Part shown: positions 61,037 through 64,000 of the stretch, piece by piece
How positions within the stretch are numbered: position 1 is the stretch's first letter
How the letters are laid out: every line of letters starts with the position of its first letter
From: Octopus sinensis
Taxonomy: Eukaryota
DNA length: 64,000 bases
Direction of reading: 5' to 3'
Assembly: GCF_006345805.1 (NCBI RefSeq)
Contig: NC_043002.1
Location: 12,710,001 to 12,774,000 of the forward strand
The notes under the pieces: generated by a model
The model's input: only the letters and a program-made list of their open reading frames with translations
Databases searched by the model: none
What the model was told of the DNA's origin: nothing
Made by a program: the position numbers and the translations under genes

Positions 61037-62838
61037 GTGTGTGTGGTGTGTGTGTGTGTGTATAAAATATATATATAATTATATAAATATAAATGGATAT
61101 ATATACATATATAAATTACTATATATATATATATATATATATAACACAGATAAAATAGTTGCCTGTAAGTATTTATATACATATATGCTTATATACATGC
61201 ATGTAAATATTTATATACTTTGATACTTTGATACTTTGATACTTTGATAGGTTTCGGCCATTATTGGCCCAGGCCATGTCTAACTTAATAGCACCACCTG
61301 GTGAAGTCTTTCAAGTCAGAATTTCGGCACTATGGCCCACACAAGTAGAGAGTTATTGTTTACAGAGACATATCCGGGTGTAGGGGGTTTATCCGGGATT
61401 TCTTGAAGGAATCTGTCCAATGACTTCTTGAACCCTATAGGGTCAGTTTCTGTTTTAATGTGTTTTGGTGTAATGTTAAAGAGAGCGGGGCCAATTGAGG
61501 TGAAATAATTGTGCCGTATTGTTGTTATGAGATGAGAGTGCGATTTTTGTTTTGGGCGGATGGCACGGGGCCCAAGCCTTGGATGTACCTTAAAGGTGAT
61601 GCCAACATCATTTGGGCAATGCTGATGGAATATTTTCCACATCATGCAGATGATGTAGCGCTCACGACGACGTTGGAGAGAATAAAGCTTTAGCTTTTCT
61701 AGTCGACCCCAATAGTCGAGGCCTGTCATGCCATCTATCTTTTTTGTGATTGCCCTTTGAGGTGCTTCAACTTTATGATACCTTTTATTGTGTGGGGAGA
61801 CCACAGTGGACAACAGTATTCAAGGTGGGGTCGGGCAAAAGTGGAGAAGAGAAGGATAATGGTGTGGATATCTCTCGACTGGAAAGTTCTGAGAATCCAG
61901 GAACACATTCTGCGGGCCATGTCAACTTTGGTGTTTATATGAGTGGCCCAGCTTATGTTGTTGTCCACAATTACTCACAAGTCTCTGATGTTGTTGGACG
62001 CCGCGAGAGTTTCACCTGAAGGAAGGGAGTATGGGAGTTTCAGGGCATCCTCTTTTCCAAAGTGGATTAACTCAAATTTATCCTCGTTCAGCAGCATATT
62101 GTTTTTTTCTGCCCATTGGATAACAGCCAGTAGATCTGACTGAAGGCATGTCCGGTCACTCGCCTCATTTATGACCTTCTGTAGCTTGGAATCATCTGCA
62201 AAGATTTTTATGTTGCTGTGCTTGATGATGTCATTAATGTCATTAATGTAAATGATGAAAAGAAGTGGCCCAGCACAGTGCCTTGCGGAACGCCACTACT
62301 GACTTTGGCTGGACTTGATTTTACTCCTTAAACTACAACATGTTGAGATCTGTCTGTCAGGAAACACTTGATCCATTTCAGTAACTTTCCAGAGACACCA
62401 ATGTTGGATAGTTTCTTCAATAGGATCTTGTGATCGACCCTGTCGAAGGCCTTACTGAAATCAAGGTAGATGACATCGGTGTTGGAGCCCTCTCCCAAAG
62501 CTCTCAAAATGTCATCAAAGTGATGCAGGAGCTGCGTTAGGCAGTCCCTTCCATTACGGAACCCATGTTGGTTAGAGATCAGCCGTCTGTTGCTTTCCAG
62601 AAATTGGGTTATTCGAGATCTCACCACCCTCTCAAATACCTTGATGATATGAGAGGTGAGTGAGATCGGACGGTAGTTCACTGCAAGGGATTGTTCCCCT
62701 TTTTGAAAACTGGGACAACAGACTGGGACAGAAGGTATAAACATATCTAATGTAATAAATGTGAATGTCGGTGTGTCACGCTTTGTCAAGTTTAATAAAT
62801 CCTTTCTACTGCAATGTGCATCGATTGACCTCGATGCA

Positions 62839-62870
<32 letters not shown>

Positions 62871-63095
62871 AATGTGATCACGTGACCGACCAGATCATCA
62901 GAGGTTGTTACACATCGCTGGTCACAATGCGTTCGCATTGTTTTAGCCTTCGAATGACGCCACCCCGCTGTCTAAGCGAGCCGGCCAATAGAAGAAAGAG
63001 TGGTAAAAGAGTACAGCAAGGATCACCACCCCTGCCGGAGCCTCGTGGAGCTTTTTAGGTGTTTTCGCTCAATAAACACACAACCATTGCGCCTC

Positions 63096-63248
<153 letters not shown>

Positions 63249-63280
63249 TAATATATATATATATATATATATATGAATAA

Positions 63281-63347
<67 letters not shown>

Positions 63348-64000
63348 TGTCTATGTATATGTATGTTGTTTTACTTAATTTAAAATATATATACACACTA
63401 ATTATGAAACTATTTAACTATAGTTATAGTAACAAATAATACTTAGGCCTATAGTACCGTAGACGTACTTATCTCAAGGCGTGTATATATATATATATGC
63501 TTATATATACGCATACCTACATTTATACACATATGTGATATGTAGGAGTGTTAATGCATTAACCAAGCTTAGCCTTCTTAACATGTGGCTCTTGGGAATA
63601 TAGTGGCTCTTGGAGAAAGTTTGATTGTTTAGACACACATATATGTAGATATAGTTCTATATCTAAAAGATTCCACGGGCATACGGGGTAGTGGTTAAGA
63701 CCTCGGGCTACTAACCCCAAGATTCCGAGTTCGATTTTAAGCAGTGACCTGAACAACAACAACAATAATAATAATAATAATAATAACAACAACAGCTTCG
63801 AAAGATACCCTAGGAATGAGAACCCAGGTTCGAAATTTCCCCAAGACACTTGATGAAGGATGGAGGGTATATCAGCCGAAACGTTGTGTTAACAAAAAAC
63901 AAGATGAGGACAAATATCCGTCGAATGTAAATAATGTAAGAAATATATATAAATGTTTTGTAATTTGTTTTTTAAAACTTAACTATTGAAGGACCCTTCT

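Overview
AT-rich animal genomic DNA, most likely an octopod cephalopod (judged from recognisable octopus-type tRNA-SINEs and very dense (TA)n/(AAT)n microsatellites; no database check was possible). The window is a direct tandem array of large units: position 1 recurs at 16368 and 42995, so the second period is 26,627 bp. Each unit carries one minus-strand spliced gene for a small secreted protein with a signal peptide and two six-cysteine chitin-binding type-2 (CBM14/peritrophin-A) domains. The ORF track shows only exon 1; I found a second 180-nt phase-1/phase-1 exon 8.9-16.7 kb away in each copy. Three copies (A, B, C) are present and the array appears to continue to the right. Of 20 variable codons among the copies, 17 change the amino acid, and all 12 cysteines are invariant. 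Introns and spacers are filled with retroelements: an intact Neptune-type Penelope-like element (RT + GIY-YIG, 765 aa, two copies) with a CCAAT/CRE/TATA promoter array, decayed APE-type LINEs, R4/Dong-type LINE fragments stacked in (AAT)n tracts, and SINEs. There are also about 17 minimal type I hammerhead ribozyme motifs, several in inverted pairs, one family inside a tRNA-SINE, and some in sense orientation within the gene's intron.
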